Of a DNA stretch of 64,000 bases, positions 19,901-28,500 are shown one piece after another (the first letter of the stretch is position 1; each line of letters opens with the position of its first letter). This DNA is from Candidatus Krumholzibacteriia bacterium (GTDB lineage Bacteria > Krumholzibacteriota > Krumholzibacteriia > JAJRXK01), in contig JBGPIA010000016.1 in assembly GCA_041484665.1 (NCBI GenBank), positions 51,169-115,168 of the forward strand. The letters are read 5' to 3'. The notes below the pieces were generated by a model, which did not search any database, was not told the origin of the DNA, and saw only the letters and a program-made list of their open reading frames with translations. The position numbers and the translations under genes are program-made.

Positions 19901-20104
19901 TTCGACCGGGCGCACCACGGTGCGCTCGACCTGCGAAGGGGACGCATTCGGGTACGGGAGGTTCACGAACAGCATGGGGAACTCGATGTCCGGCATGAAG
20001 GCGAGCGGCAGCCGCACCACCGCCACTCCCCCCAGCACCACCATGCTGACGAGGATCATCAAAGTCGTGACGTGACGCCGGATGGCCAGCTCGGGCAGGG
20101 TCAT
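16949..20104 (-). CDS. RND efflux transporter permease (AcrB family), second subunit
   Basis: 1051 aa with GMLVDNAVVVIENI and RLRPILMT. Overlaps the upstream permease (ATGA). Confidence 0.95.
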   Translation of the reverse strand: MTLPELAIRRHVTTLMILVSMVVLGGVAVVRLPLAFMPDIEFPMLFVNLPYPNASPSQVERTVVRPVEDALGSVKGLRNVYSQCDQNGGNIQLEYDWSTNMQVARSEVWEKIDRIRNDLPDDLGDISVGLGDEGGGGGSRPILEGRLSSKRDLSESWELLERRIVKPLERIPGVATVSLDGVRPREVRINLLPDALELHKVDIRAVARMIVSGNTDLSLGKITAGESRYALRALGSFQSVDQIRNLVIRADGLRLSDVADVVYAEPPLEYGRHLDGDFAIGITVNEESKANSVVVCDALQKRIAEMNNDPELQGVNFLVWFSQGKEIRKTLTDLLHTGIYGAILASVVLFLFLRRFSTTLACILCIPFSLVVACGIVWAQGKNLNTLTMLGLIVGIGMLVDNAVVVIENIFRKREEGLDRVEAARTGAREVSLAVIASTLASVIVFLPMIFNKPSEMNIYLKEIAITVCITLLASLFISQTLIPLATSWLIKSPPRPRGRLMLWIEGRYTTLLRINLRHRWITPATGLVMIASAVWPFMKVDKNFGANNSELFVQANYTFSEELSLQRKEQVVTQVERWLEPHRNELMARSIYSFWGDQFAMTRIYLHEGEANAENIAKVRTRLRSLLPEVPGVKLDVQQTGQMWRQDRAKRVMFQLVGEDSEVLGELADQAKRRLEGIPGLIDATASSQQGQQELHVKLDRDLAARYGITPQQAADVVGLTYRGRRLQRFRTPDGEREMRLTLDERRTASVSQLHNLPLWTENGQKVPLASLASFRQIPGASHIQRENRKTSVWVSARYEEGSREQYLPLVTAAMNSMDLPLGYSWTFGQWQQREKESSQEFLVNLLLALMLVFVVMAALFESVQQALALMVALPFALAGAVWTLYLTKTDFDSPAAIGLLLLIGIVVNNGIVMIEHINHYRRAGMPRDEAMVKGGRERLRPILMTAMTTLFGLAPMAVQKPNLAGVYYYSMALVIMGGLAVSTVLTSIMLPTTATLAEDGVTLARRRLAAFGRWVGGRAGRGRGTRPWTRRDAVPVPEHSTAYAEITPD

Positions 20105-23100
20105 GGCTGCTCCATCGCGCCGCGGAGCGCGGGAACGACCTCGCTCGCGGAGCCTGAGCCTGCGACCTTCGCGAGAGCGGGCGCCTCCGTCTCGACCCGC
20201 ACCCTCGACGGAACCGCCACGTAAATCGCCGGGATCACGACCAGCGTGAGCAGGGTGGCCACCGAGAGGCCGAATACGACCGTGATCGCGAGCGGCGCCC
20301 GCAGCTCCGCCCCCTCGCCCCAGGCCAGCGCCATCGGCACCAGGCCCAGGATCGCGGTCAGGGCAGTCATCAGGATCGGCCGCAGCCGGATGTGCCCGGC
20401 CTGGACGACGGCCTCGACCTTGTCCGTCCCGCCGCGGCGCAGGCGGTTGACGCAGTCGATCAGCACGATCGCGTTCTTCACGACCACGCCCGAAAGCAGG
20501 ATCACGCCGATCAGCACCATCACGTTGATCGGGGTCGAGGTCACCAGCAGCCCCAGGACGACGCCCACCAGTCCCAGCGGGATCGTCAGCAGGATGATCA
20601 GCGGGTGCAGGAACGACTCGAAGGTGGAGGCCATGACCAGGTACACGAGGAAGATCGCCAGCAGCAGCGCGAAGCGGAGGCTGTGCAAGCTGACCTGCAT
20701 CTCCTTGTTCTGTCCGCCGATCTCCGTCGTGATGCCTTGGGGCGGCGGGTCGCGCTGCAGCAGCGCCTGGACGTCGTGCACGACCGCGCCCAATCCCCGG
20801 CCGCTCAGGTTCGCGGTGATTACCGCCGCGCGCTGCTGCTGCATGCGGTGGATCTCCGCCGGGCCGCGCTCGATCCGCACATCCGCGACCGAGAGCAGGC
20901 GGATCGCATCGCCCCCGGGCCCGGGAAGCACCAGGTTGCGCACGTCCTCGAAGGACTGCCGCGCCTGCTCCTGGTTGCGCAGCCGGATGTCAATCTGCCG
21001 GTCCTCCTGCTTGAAGCGCGTGGGCACCACGCCCTGGACCCGGTTGCGCAGGGTCTCGGACATCACCCCCATGTCGAGCCCTAAGGCCGCGAGCTTGTCA
21101 CGGTCGAACACCACCTGCAGCTCGGGGTGGCCGGCCTCGAGCGACGAGCGCGCGTCCACCAGCCCCGGGATGGTGGCGAGGTCGCCGGCCAGCTCCAGCG
21201 AGTAGTCTCGCAGCGCGTCGAGATCCTCGCCATAGAGCACGACCTCGATCGGCGTCTTGAGGCTGAAGTAGGACGGACGGCCGAACTTGACCTCCATGTC
21301 GGGAATGTTGGCGTACCGCGCCCGCATCGCCTCGATCGCGGCTTCCTCGGCGCGGTGGTCGCCGCGGTTGCGCATGGCCACGTTCAGCTGCGCCAGGTTC
21401 TCGGCCCTCGTGTTGAGCGAGATACCGCCGGCCACGAGGCGGCTGCCGACCGTCGAGTAGTAGCGCTCGACCGTGGGCAGCCCCGCGGCGGTCTCCTCCA
21501 TCTGGTGGACGACGCGATCGGTGGCGGCGAGCGAGGCCCCTTCGGGCATGTCGACCTCGTAGAAAAACTCGCCCTCAGTGAGCTGCGGGATCAGCTCGGT
21601 GTCCACCAGGCGCACGGCCCAGAGCGAGATCAGGAAGAGCCCCGCGGCGACGGCGATCGTCAGGCCACGGCGCCGCACGGCAGCGCGGACCAGGCGGTCG
21701 TACAAAAGCGAGAAGCGTCCGAGGGTGTGGCGCGCGCCGGCTTTGATCTCCTCGTCGCGCGGACCGCCCCCCGCGATCTTCCCGCCGAGCGAGGCCGCCA
21801 TCGGCGTGATGGTCATTGCGACCGCGAGCGAGGCAAGCAGGCTGATCGTCACCGTGAGCGCCTGATCCCGGAAGAGCTGCCCCGCCACCCCCTCGACGAA
21901 CACGAGCGGCACGAAGACGACGACCGTGGTCAGAGTCGAGGCGAACACGGCGGCGCCGACTTCCTCGGTCCCTTCGACCGCTGCACGCCGCAGACTCAGT
22001 CCCTGGTGCCTCTTGCGGAAGATCGATTCCAGCACCACGATCGAGTCGTCGACCATCATGCCGATCCCCAGCGTCAGGCCGCCCAGGGACATGACGTTCA
22101 GCGAGATGTTCATGCGGTACATCAGCATGAACGTGGTGATGATCGATATCGGGATCGAGATGGCGATGATCAGTGTGCTGCGCACATCCCGCAGGAAGGC
22201 GAACAGCACGAGTAGGGCGAGCAGGCCGCCCAGCAGCGCCGAGTCGCGCACCTCGTTGATCGACTGCCGGATGAACTGCGACTGGTCGAAGAGGGTCGTC
22301 AGCTGATGCCCTGGGGGGATCTTGCTCTTCCACTGCTGCAGCCGTTCGCGCACGAGACGCGACACGGTGACGGCGTTTGCGTCACCCTCTTTGTAGATCG
22401 CGATCTCGATCGACTCCTGGCCGCCGACGCGTGTGATCTCCTCCCGCTCCTTGGTGCCCATCTGCACGTCGGCGACATCGCGCAGCCGGACCGGCGCCCC
22501 GTTCTGCTGCCAGACGATCAGGTCGGCGATCTCCCGCACGCTGCCGAACTCGTTCACGGTGCGGATGAGGTACTGGCTCTCCTGGCCGCGCAGAGAGCCC
22601 CCGGGGAGGTTGACGTTCGAGACGCCCAGCACCTGGCGGATGCGATCCAACGGTATGCCGAGCGCGGCCAGCCGCTCCTGGTCGACCGCGACCTGGACCT
22701 CTTCCTCCAGCCCGCCTTTCACCTGCGCCGCAGCCACGCCCTTGATCGTCTCGATATCCTGCTTGATCTGCCGGTCGGCGAGCCGGCGCATCTCGGTGAG
22801 CTTGCCCGAGCCGGATAGCGCGACGCGGATGATCGGGTCGAGCGAGGGGTCGAAGCGCAGGACGACCGGGTCGCGCGCCTCCTGCGGGAGGAGCCGCCGG
22901 TCCAGCTTCTCCCGGACCTCCATGGACATCATGTCCATATCGGTGCCCCAATCGAACTCGAGCGTCACTTCCGACACCCCGGGGCGCGACACCGAGTGGA
23001 CGGATTGCAGGCCACGCAGCACGCCCACCGTCTCCTCGACCGGTCGCGTGACGAGGTTCTCGACCTCCTGGGGCGCGGTGTCGGGGAACTCGGTCTGGAC

Positions 23101-23241
23101 GGTGAGGGACGGGTAACTGATGTCCGGGAAGAGCTCGAGCGGCAGGCGCTGGTAGCCCACGATCCCGAAGGTGAGCACGGCCAGCGTGAGCATGACGACC
23201 GTCACCCGCCGGCGTACGGAGGTCTCGATCAGCCCGCGCAT
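20101..23241 (-). CDS. RND efflux transporter permease (AcrB family), first subunit
   Basis: 1046 aa with GMMVDDSIVVLE, VVKNAIVL and RLRPILMT. Confidence 0.95.
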   Translation of the reverse strand: MRGLIETSVRRRVTVVMLTLAVLTFGIVGYQRLPLELFPDISYPSLTVQTEFPDTAPQEVENLVTRPVEETVGVLRGLQSVHSVSRPGVSEVTLEFDWGTDMDMMSMEVREKLDRRLLPQEARDPVVLRFDPSLDPIIRVALSGSGKLTEMRRLADRQIKQDIETIKGVAAAQVKGGLEEEVQVAVDQERLAALGIPLDRIRQVLGVSNVNLPGGSLRGQESQYLIRTVNEFGSVREIADLIVWQQNGAPVRLRDVADVQMGTKEREEITRVGGQESIEIAIYKEGDANAVTVSRLVRERLQQWKSKIPPGHQLTTLFDQSQFIRQSINEVRDSALLGGLLALLVLFAFLRDVRSTLIIAISIPISIITTFMLMYRMNISLNVMSLGGLTLGIGMMVDDSIVVLESIFRKRHQGLSLRRAAVEGTEEVGAAVFASTLTTVVVFVPLVFVEGVAGQLFRDQALTVTISLLASLAVAMTITPMAASLGGKIAGGGPRDEEIKAGARHTLGRFSLLYDRLVRAAVRRRGLTIAVAAGLFLISLWAVRLVDTELIPQLTEGEFFYEVDMPEGASLAATDRVVHQMEETAAGLPTVERYYSTVGSRLVAGGISLNTRAENLAQLNVAMRNRGDHRAEEAAIEAMRARYANIPDMEVKFGRPSYFSLKTPIEVVLYGEDLDALRDYSLELAGDLATIPGLVDARSSLEAGHPELQVVFDRDKLAALGLDMGVMSETLRNRVQGVVPTRFKQEDRQIDIRLRNQEQARQSFEDVRNLVLPGPGGDAIRLLSVADVRIERGPAEIHRMQQQRAAVITANLSGRGLGAVVHDVQALLQRDPPPQGITTEIGGQNKEMQVSLHSLRFALLLAIFLVYLVMASTFESFLHPLIILLTIPLGLVGVVLGLLVTSTPINVMVLIGVILLSGVVVKNAIVLIDCVNRLRRGGTDKVEAVVQAGHIRLRPILMTALTAILGLVPMALAWGEGAELRAPLAITVVFGLSVATLLTLVVIPAIYVAVPSRVRVETEAPALAKVAGSGSASEVVPALRGAMEQP

Positions 23242-24443
23242 CAGGAGGCCTTGTGCTCCGCCACCGCGGGAGCACTCTCGTCGAGGATCTTGATCGGCGA
23301 GCCGTGCTTGAGCGAACGCTGACCCTTGACCACGACGCTCTCGCCCGCCTTGAGACCAGAGAGGATTTCCGCGTTGTCGTTGTCGGTGAAGCCGACCGAG
23401 ACGACCCGCCGCTCCGCCGTACCATTGGCGGCGACATAGACGACGTCCTCGCCTTTTTCCGAGATCACGGCGATGCGTGGCGCCAGCGTCACGCCCTGGT
23501 GCCGCTCGGTGACGATCTGCACCTCGGCGAAGTCTCCGGGACGGACGCCGGCCGGGTAGGTCGGGATCTCCACCGTCAGCTTGATGGTGCCGCTGGAGGG
23601 GTCGATCACAGGGCTGATCAACTTGATGCGGCCTTGCAGGCGCTGCTGGCCGCTGTCCAACACCAGATCGACCGGCTGGTTTGGCTGCAGCTTCTTGAAC
23701 TCCTTCGACGGGACGTGCACGCGGGCGAGCAGCGGGTCGAAGTCGGACAGCTCGAACAGAGGCGTGCCCGGGCTCACGGTCTGCCCCAGGTTCACCAGAC
23801 GGCGGGTGACGTGGCCCCCGAAGGGCGCCACGACAGTGGCGTAGGATAGGTTGAGGTGGGCGAGGCCCTGCTCGGCCTCGGCGGCGTCGAGCTCGCTCTT
23901 GGTCGTCTGGAAATCCTCCTCGGAGGCGAGTTGCTGCTCGCGCATCTGCTTCGCGCGCGCGAAGCGGGTCCTGAGGTTGGCCGTCTTGGCCTCGGCCTGC
24001 TGCACGCGCAGCCGGTACTCCTCGCTGTCGATCTGGAGCAGAGGGCCCCCTTCAGGCAAGACATCGCCCTCCTCACAGGACAGCGCGAGAACGAGGCCGG
24101 ACACTCGCGCCAGCACCTGCGCCTGCTTCTCGGCCTCGAGCGTCGCGGTCGCCTTGTAGTAGCTGGCGATCTCGCCGATCTCGGCCGACCGGACCGCGAC
24201 CGGGACCGGTGGCTGGGCTGGTGCGCCGGTCTGGCTGTTCGGTTGGGTGCCGCTCTGGGTGGTTTGCGCGCGGGCATCGGGTACCGCGGCCCCGCCGCCA
24301 CCACCCTTGCCGCAGCCCGCAGCGGCCGCGAGGACCACGAAGGCCGCGACGAGCAGCAATGGCAGAGGAGTAGCCCGGGCTCGGGCTCTGCATGGGCGCT
24401 TCCGGCGCGACGCGACAGACTTGCCTGGAGAGAGGGTCCGCAT
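23241..24443 (-). CDS. RND periplasmic adaptor (MFP), probable lipoprotein
   Basis: Lipobox-like AAAG-C. Lipoyl-half motifs ARVSGLV...EGD and VVAPFGG. ISPVIDP and EILSGLKAGE. TGATG coupling to the permease. Confidence 0.9.
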   Translation of the reverse strand: MRTLSPGKSVASRRKRPCRARARATPLPLLLVAAFVVLAAAAGCGKGGGGGAAVPDARAQTTQSGTQPNSQTGAPAQPPVPVAVRSAEIGEIASYYKATATLEAEKQAQVLARVSGLVLALSCEEGDVLPEGGPLLQIDSEEYRLRVQQAEAKTANLRTRFARAKQMREQQLASEEDFQTTKSELDAAEAEQGLAHLNLSYATVVAPFGGHVTRRLVNLGQTVSPGTPLFELSDFDPLLARVHVPSKEFKKLQPNQPVDLVLDSGQQRLQGRIKLISPVIDPSSGTIKLTVEIPTYPAGVRPGDFAEVQIVTERHQGVTLAPRIAVISEKGEDVVYVAANGTAERRVVSVGFTDNDNAEILSGLKAGESVVVKGQRSLKHGSPIKILDESAPAVAEHKAS

Positions 24444-24899
24444 GGAGGCCGTCCTGGTTGGAGGCTGGCGGCTCGGGAATTCGGCGATTCCAGTTCCGAG
24501 GATCGGGGCGCAGGGGCAGACGCTGGGCCTCGTCGGGCAGTACGGAACCGGCCCAGGGGAGGTTCCATGGGGTGGACGCATGGTCCGGGGTGTGCGCCTG
24601 GGCGGGCCCGAGGGAGTCCGAAGCCCTGGGTGCAGGCTCTGCCGGGGCTCGACGGCGAACCCTGGGCGGCTCATGTCGGCCTCCCGGACCACCACGCGGT
24701 CGGGGAAAGCGCACCGGCGCCCGACAACCAGGCCGCGACGCCAACGCACCGCGCTGCCCGCGAACACCAGCGCGACCCCGACCAGCATGTCTCGGGCGAC
24801 ACCACCCCCGAAGTCGATCACCCAAAGTGGCCGCGGGAGCCCCTCGGCTGTGGGCGTGTGCAGCCCCATCGCGATCTCCGCAATCGCTCTACCGTTCGC

Positions 24900-26648
24900 C
24901 TAGAAGCCGCCCCCCCCACCACCACCGCCGCCACCACCGGACGAGCCGCCTCCACCGAAGCCCGAGCTTCCCGAGCTGCGCGGCGAGGAGGCCATGGCGG
25001 TGGCAGTGCGCGAGCTCATGTGCTCCAAGTGGGCGGCCAGCAGGGTGGGCCGGAAGTCCACGGCGCCGGGGCCGCGATACCAGTCGGGCGGTTGTTTGCA
25101 GATGTCGTCGAACGCGGCGACCCAGCGCTTCTCCACGCCCAGGCACATGGCGTAGGGCAGGTACTTCTCGAACAGCTCGGGCGTCTTGACCACGCGCTCG
25201 AACCGGTCGCGGTCCACGCGACCCAGGAACTCCTCGAAGCCCAGCGCGCCCTCCAGCGCGCGGACGCCGGCGTAGGTGCGGGCTGGCATGACCCGCGCAA
25301 AGACCAGTCCGATGATCGCGCTGAGCACCGCGGCGAGGACCCACGGCAACGGCGACACGCCCAACACGTGTGACAGGCCTATCCCCGCCCAGAAGAGGAG
25401 GATCCCCCCAAAGATCGCCAGGCAGGCGGACCAGGACTGGACGCGGTCCGGGCGCCGCCGATAGAAGCGCTTGGCCACCAGCGCTTCGTAGATGCGGTCG
25501 CGGATGCGCGGCAGCGCTTTGTAGAATTCGTACTCGAGGTCAAAATCCCCGACGCGGTCACCCTTCTTGAACACCGCCGCCAACAGCTCCTCCTCGTGCG
25601 GCATGAGCGTCGCCGCCGAGGCCGGTGGCGTGCGCTTCTCGAACACGTAGCTCGTGCTCGAGCGCAATCCCAAGAGTTTCTGCTCCTTCTTTTCTTCGAT
25701 GATCAGGTAGCCGCGCACCGCCAGATCGACCAGCGTGGCCGTGATATCGCGCAGGTCGGGACGGTTGTCCACCAGCGTGCCCAGCTCGCCCGGCGTCAGC
25801 GCCGCCGGCGGCTCGTACTGCACTGCGATGGGGCGCCGGCGTGGATCGCGCCCGATTTTCCACCACAGCCTGTAGAGTATGACGAACGCCAGCACCGGGA
25901 TGACGAAGGGCCAATTGCTGCGAGCGAAACGCCACGTCTGCGCGACGCGGCTGGGGAGCGCAACGAAGCCCTTGTCCCATCCCACGACGACGGTCATCCC
26001 CTCGTGGAAGGCCAGTTCGCGCCGCATGCGGAGTTCGACGACGTTGCTGTTCACCTGAACGTCCGCATCGTGCTCGCGCGAGCCGTAGGCACCGGTGAAT
26101 GCCAGGGTGCGCACGCCGGTGACGCCCGCGGGAAGCTGGATGGTGGCGGTGACCGCCTCGATCGGCACTTCCCACTCGTCTCCGGTGATGTTCCAGTACA
26201 GCTCGTCGTGGTCCTCGAAAAACAACAGTCCGTTGGGAACGCGATACGTGAGAACGACGGTACGAACCGCGTCCTGCGCTCCGGGTATCCAGATCTTGAG
26301 TTTGCGATAGTGGCGCTCGCGGCTCCCCGCCACCCGCAGCGCCGTGCCGTTGCCGTCGGTGGCGCCTTCGACGTCGAGGAACAGCGTCTTGTTGAAGCCC
26401 TGCGGTGTGCGGTACTGTACCGGAATCGTGCGGTAGATGCCGTTCCAGGAGCCTTCAAAGCGTGGGTGTATCGTCTCGGTGACGACAATGCCGCCATCGG
26501 ACTCGACGCGGACCGTCGCATCGAACGACTGAATGACTAGCGCGCGCGCGGCGACGGAGTCGATGCTGGCGAAGGGTGCCAGCAATGCGATCAGCGCCGG
26601 CGCTGCGAGCCATCGGGGGACCAGGGCGAAGCGCTGTAGTGTCGGCAT
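24900..26648 (-). CDS. DUF2207 membrane protein
   Basis: GIYRTIP, DELYWN, ATLVDLAVRGY and FEKYLPYAM motifs, with a Gly/Ser-rich tail ending GGGGGGF. Adjacent to LemA. Confidence 0.9.
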   Translation of the reverse strand: MPTLQRFALVPRWLAAPALIALLAPFASIDSVAARALVIQSFDATVRVESDGGIVVTETIHPRFEGSWNGIYRTIPVQYRTPQGFNKTLFLDVEGATDGNGTALRVAGSRERHYRKLKIWIPGAQDAVRTVVLTYRVPNGLLFFEDHDELYWNITGDEWEVPIEAVTATIQLPAGVTGVRTLAFTGAYGSREHDADVQVNSNVVELRMRRELAFHEGMTVVVGWDKGFVALPSRVAQTWRFARSNWPFVIPVLAFVILYRLWWKIGRDPRRRPIAVQYEPPAALTPGELGTLVDNRPDLRDITATLVDLAVRGYLIIEEKKEQKLLGLRSSTSYVFEKRTPPASAATLMPHEEELLAAVFKKGDRVGDFDLEYEFYKALPRIRDRIYEALVAKRFYRRRPDRVQSWSACLAIFGGILLFWAGIGLSHVLGVSPLPWVLAAVLSAIIGLVFARVMPARTYAGVRALEGALGFEEFLGRVDRDRFERVVKTPELFEKYLPYAMCLGVEKRWVAAFDDICKQPPDWYRGPGAVDFRPTLLAAHLEHMSSRTATAMASSPRSSGSSGFGGGGSSGGGGGGGGGGGF

Positions 26649-26660
26649 GTCGCGCAGAGA

Positions 26661-27218
26661 TCAACTCGCGCCGAAGGTGACCTGGGGGGCCTGGCGGTCG
26701 CCGGCGACGTCGAGTCCGAAGAATTCGCGGGTGTGGAACCCGAACGCGCCGGCAACGAGATTGCTCGGCACCTGTTGGATCTTCGTGTTCAGATCGCGCA
26801 CCACCGCGTTGTAGTAGCGGCGCGCATTCTGGATCTGGTCCTCGATTTCGGCCAACGAGCGCTGCAGCGACGTGAAGGTGTCTACGGCGCGCAGCTGGGG
26901 ATACGACTCGGCCAGCGCGAAGAGCTGGCGCAGCGACCCTGCCAGCGCCCCTTCGGCGTCGCCCTTGGCGGCGGGGCCCTGCGCCTGCATCGCCCGATTG
27001 CGCGCCTGCACCACCTCCTCAAGAGTGGCCCTCTCGTGGACGGCGTAGCCCTTCACGGTCTCCACCAGATTCGGGATGAGGTCGTGCCGCCGCTTCAGCT
27101 GGACGTCGATATCCGACCAGGCGTTGTCGCAGAGCTGCCGCAGGCGCACCAGCCCGTTGTAGGAGACGGCGACGAAGATGGCGACGACGACGACCAGCGC
27201 CAGAATCAGCAGGGGCAT
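26661..27218 (-). CDS. lemA: LemA family protein
   Basis: N-terminal TM, then AWSDIDVQLKRRHDLIPNLVETVKGY, AESYPQL and ARRYYN. Confidence 0.95.
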   Translation of the reverse strand: MPLLILALVVVVAIFVAVSYNGLVRLRQLCDNAWSDIDVQLKRRHDLIPNLVETVKGYAVHERATLEEVVQARNRAMQAQGPAAKGDAEGALAGSLRQLFALAESYPQLRAVDTFTSLQRSLAEIEDQIQNARRYYNAVVRDLNTKIQQVPSNLVAGAFGFHTREFFGLDVAGDRQAPQVTFGAS

Positions 27219-27538
27219 GCGATCAACCTTTCGGCAGGTCCTGACGCGAGCCACTGTACGGCGGGGGCTTGGGGCTGTAAAGTTCCAGCGATCAGGATTC
27301 AACGACGGGGTCGACCGATGCCGAGCGGCACATACGTGGTACGCCTGCAGACGGAGAGTGCGGTCCAGAGCCGGAAGCTGACGCTGGCGCGCTGACACCC
27401 AACGACCCCGGGTAGACTGCGGCGGGTGGAACGTTTCGCGATCATCACCGGAGATTCCGCGAGGGTCGCCTCTCGATTGCTGGCTGCCGGGCTCAACCCG
27501 GCACCGGGGATGAAACCGCGCAACAGAAGAACGGGGCG

Positions 27539-28030
27539 ATGACGCTGCTGGAGGTGCTGTCTCTTCTCCATGGTCGCTGGCTTGGCACCGGGCGCGGGGG
27601 GTATCCGACGATCCAGCCATTCGAGTTCGCTGAGGAGACGACCTTCGTCCTCGCCTTAGAATACCCCCTGCTGCGCTATGAGCAACGCACCGTTCTCCTT
27701 CCCGACCGCAAGTCGAGCCACTGGGAGGTGGGCTTCCTGCGACCGACCGACGATGGCCTCCTCGAGATCTCGAATGCCCAGGATGGCGGGCGGGTCGAGG
27801 TCTTGCGGGGCAGCTACTCCATCACCGCCGACCCTCCCGTCCGCGTGCGACTGGCGCTTCGAAGTAAGATCATTGCGAACGATCCGAGGATGCTGGAAAC
27901 GGAGCGCGTGATCACGGTGCGAGGAGACGTCCTGCACTACGAGAACTATATGGTCACGACCACGACGGAGCGACCGGTCCGGGAGAAACATCTCGAAGCA
28001 TGGCTGCGCCGGGCAGAGGCTACGGCCTAG
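27539..28030 (+). CDS. Nitrobindin/THAP4-like heme-binding beta-barrel
   Basis: GRWLGTGRGGYPTI, HWEVGFLR and a C-terminal HL (heme-ligand His position). Confidence 0.85.
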   Translation: MTLLEVLSLLHGRWLGTGRGGYPTIQPFEFAEETTFVLALEYPLLRYEQRTVLLPDRKSSHWEVGFLRPTDDGLLEISNAQDGGRVEVLRGSYSITADPPVRVRLALRSKIIANDPRMLETERVITVRGDVLHYENYMVTTTTERPVREKHLEAWLRRAEATA

Positions 28031-28121
28031 CATGGTGTCGCTGCTGACGAGCGGCTTGCCCCGCTATTAGGCTGGGGCTTGCAGCTGGACTGCCCATCCA
28101 CCAGACATCGGGGAGGATAAA

Positions 28122-28490
28122 GTGTTCGAGGGACTGCGGACGGTCATCTACCGTGCTGACAATCTGGAGAAGGCGAAGCAGTGGTACACCACAGTCCTGG
28201 GAATCGATCCCTACTTCGCCCAGCCGTTCTACGTGGGCTTCAATGTCGGTGGATTCGAGCTGGGGTTGGATCCCGACGCCAAGGACCTTGCGCAGGGCAC
28301 GGGGGGTATTGTCGCCTATTGGGGGGTCAAGAACGCCGAGGCAGCCCTGAGCCGGCTGCTTGATCTCGGGGCCACTCCGCGCCGGGCAATCCAGGACGTG
28401 GGCGAGGGCATCCGCGTCGCCAGCGTGCTCGATCCGTTCGGCAATGTCCTGGGCATCATCGAGAACCCCCACTTCAAGCTGCCCGGGTAG
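28122..28490 (+). CDS. VOC/glyoxalase family protein
   Basis: AKQWY...GFELGLDP...DVGEGIRVASVLDPFGNVLGII. GGAGG RBS. Confidence 0.9.
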   Translation: MFEGLRTVIYRADNLEKAKQWYTTVLGIDPYFAQPFYVGFNVGGFELGLDPDAKDLAQGTGGIVAYWGVKNAEAALSRLLDLGATPRRAIQDVGEGIRVASVLDPFGNVLGIIENPHFKLPG

Positions 28491-28500
28491 AGTCCAGCGG

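Noticed and set aside
24444..24869. Long N-terminal extension of the MFP ORF, or a separate gene remnant
   Set aside because: The lipoprotein signal begins after 24443 and I could not assign the upstream translation to any family.
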